DNA of 63,417 nucleotides, filler included, from Parasitella parasitica NRRL 2501 (lineage: Eukaryota; Fungi; Mucoromycota): the NCBI GenBank assembly GCA_025201805.1. It is 6 parts of 6 records of this genome, joined end to end, with 100 filler letters (N's around TTAATTAATTAA, not from the genome) between each part and the next. Parts side by side here need not be neighbours in the genome. Positions count along the whole stretch, not along the records: positions 62,348 to 63,417 come from MU619680.1; 5 more parts are not named here. One strand, given 5' to 3'. The translations under genes were made by a program, and so were the position numbers. This document shows, one piece after another, positions 63,189 to 63,417 of this stretch. The notes under the pieces were generated by a model. That model had not been told where the DNA came from. It did not search any database and saw nothing but the letters and a program-made list of their open reading frames with translations. Position 1 is the first letter of the stretch; every line of letters begins with the position of its first letter.

Positions 63189-63417
63189 TGTATGGATGCA
63201 GCATACTACATACGATGAGGACTTGAGAAAGGGATTTTATGCATATCTCCATTTATCTACAAATTACTATAATACAACTCCAATCATAATGAAGCTATTT
63301 TACAATTTATATGAATACGTACTCATGTTGAAAATTAATAAATAAGACTTATCTGACCCCATTAAGCCGAGGACATGCCCGAGGACTCCTGCTTAAAAGT
63401 GTCCCGATGACAATAAA

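Noticed and set aside
1-63417. CRISPR array or prokaryotic operon (e.g. endosymbiont contamination)
   Set aside because: No repeat-spacer periodicity; genes carry spliceosomal introns throughout

Overview
Eukaryotic, AT-rich genomic DNA with short GT-AG introns, most consistent with a Mucorales fungus (Rhizopus-like; inferred from gene structure and TE families). Left part (about 1-37.5 kb) is gene-dense: two secreted GPI-type proteins, SNX4, a stand-alone pseudouridine-5'-phosphate glycosidase, an AIM25-like scramblase, CNS1, oligopeptidase B, a degenerate acyl-CoA-synthetase-like protein, a large sAC/ADCY10-like cyclase-STAND-helical-repeat protein, a UCH37-like deubiquitinase, a PAS protein, ERV29 and glucose-6-phosphate 1-epimerase. 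It also holds relics of a Tc1/IS630 transposase and a Fanzor/TnpB-like nuclease. Right part (about 37.5-63.4 kb) has no intact host protein gene: two tRNAs, nested Ty3/gypsy elements and solo LTRs, an L1/Tx1-like LINE, a ~1.48 kb tandem repeat, a chromovirus 3' end, and a young Tf1/sushi-like LTR element with a self-priming signature. Five N-TTAATTAATTAA-N blocks are artificial scaffold linkers, so adjacency across them is unproven. Top leads: (i) the cyclase-STAND protein with non-adenine-type substrate residues, (ii) the self-priming retrotransposon with an in-frame stop between PR and RT, (iii) the intron-containing Fanzor fragment, (iv) a possible pericentromeric domain. All exon models and motif matches were made by eye.
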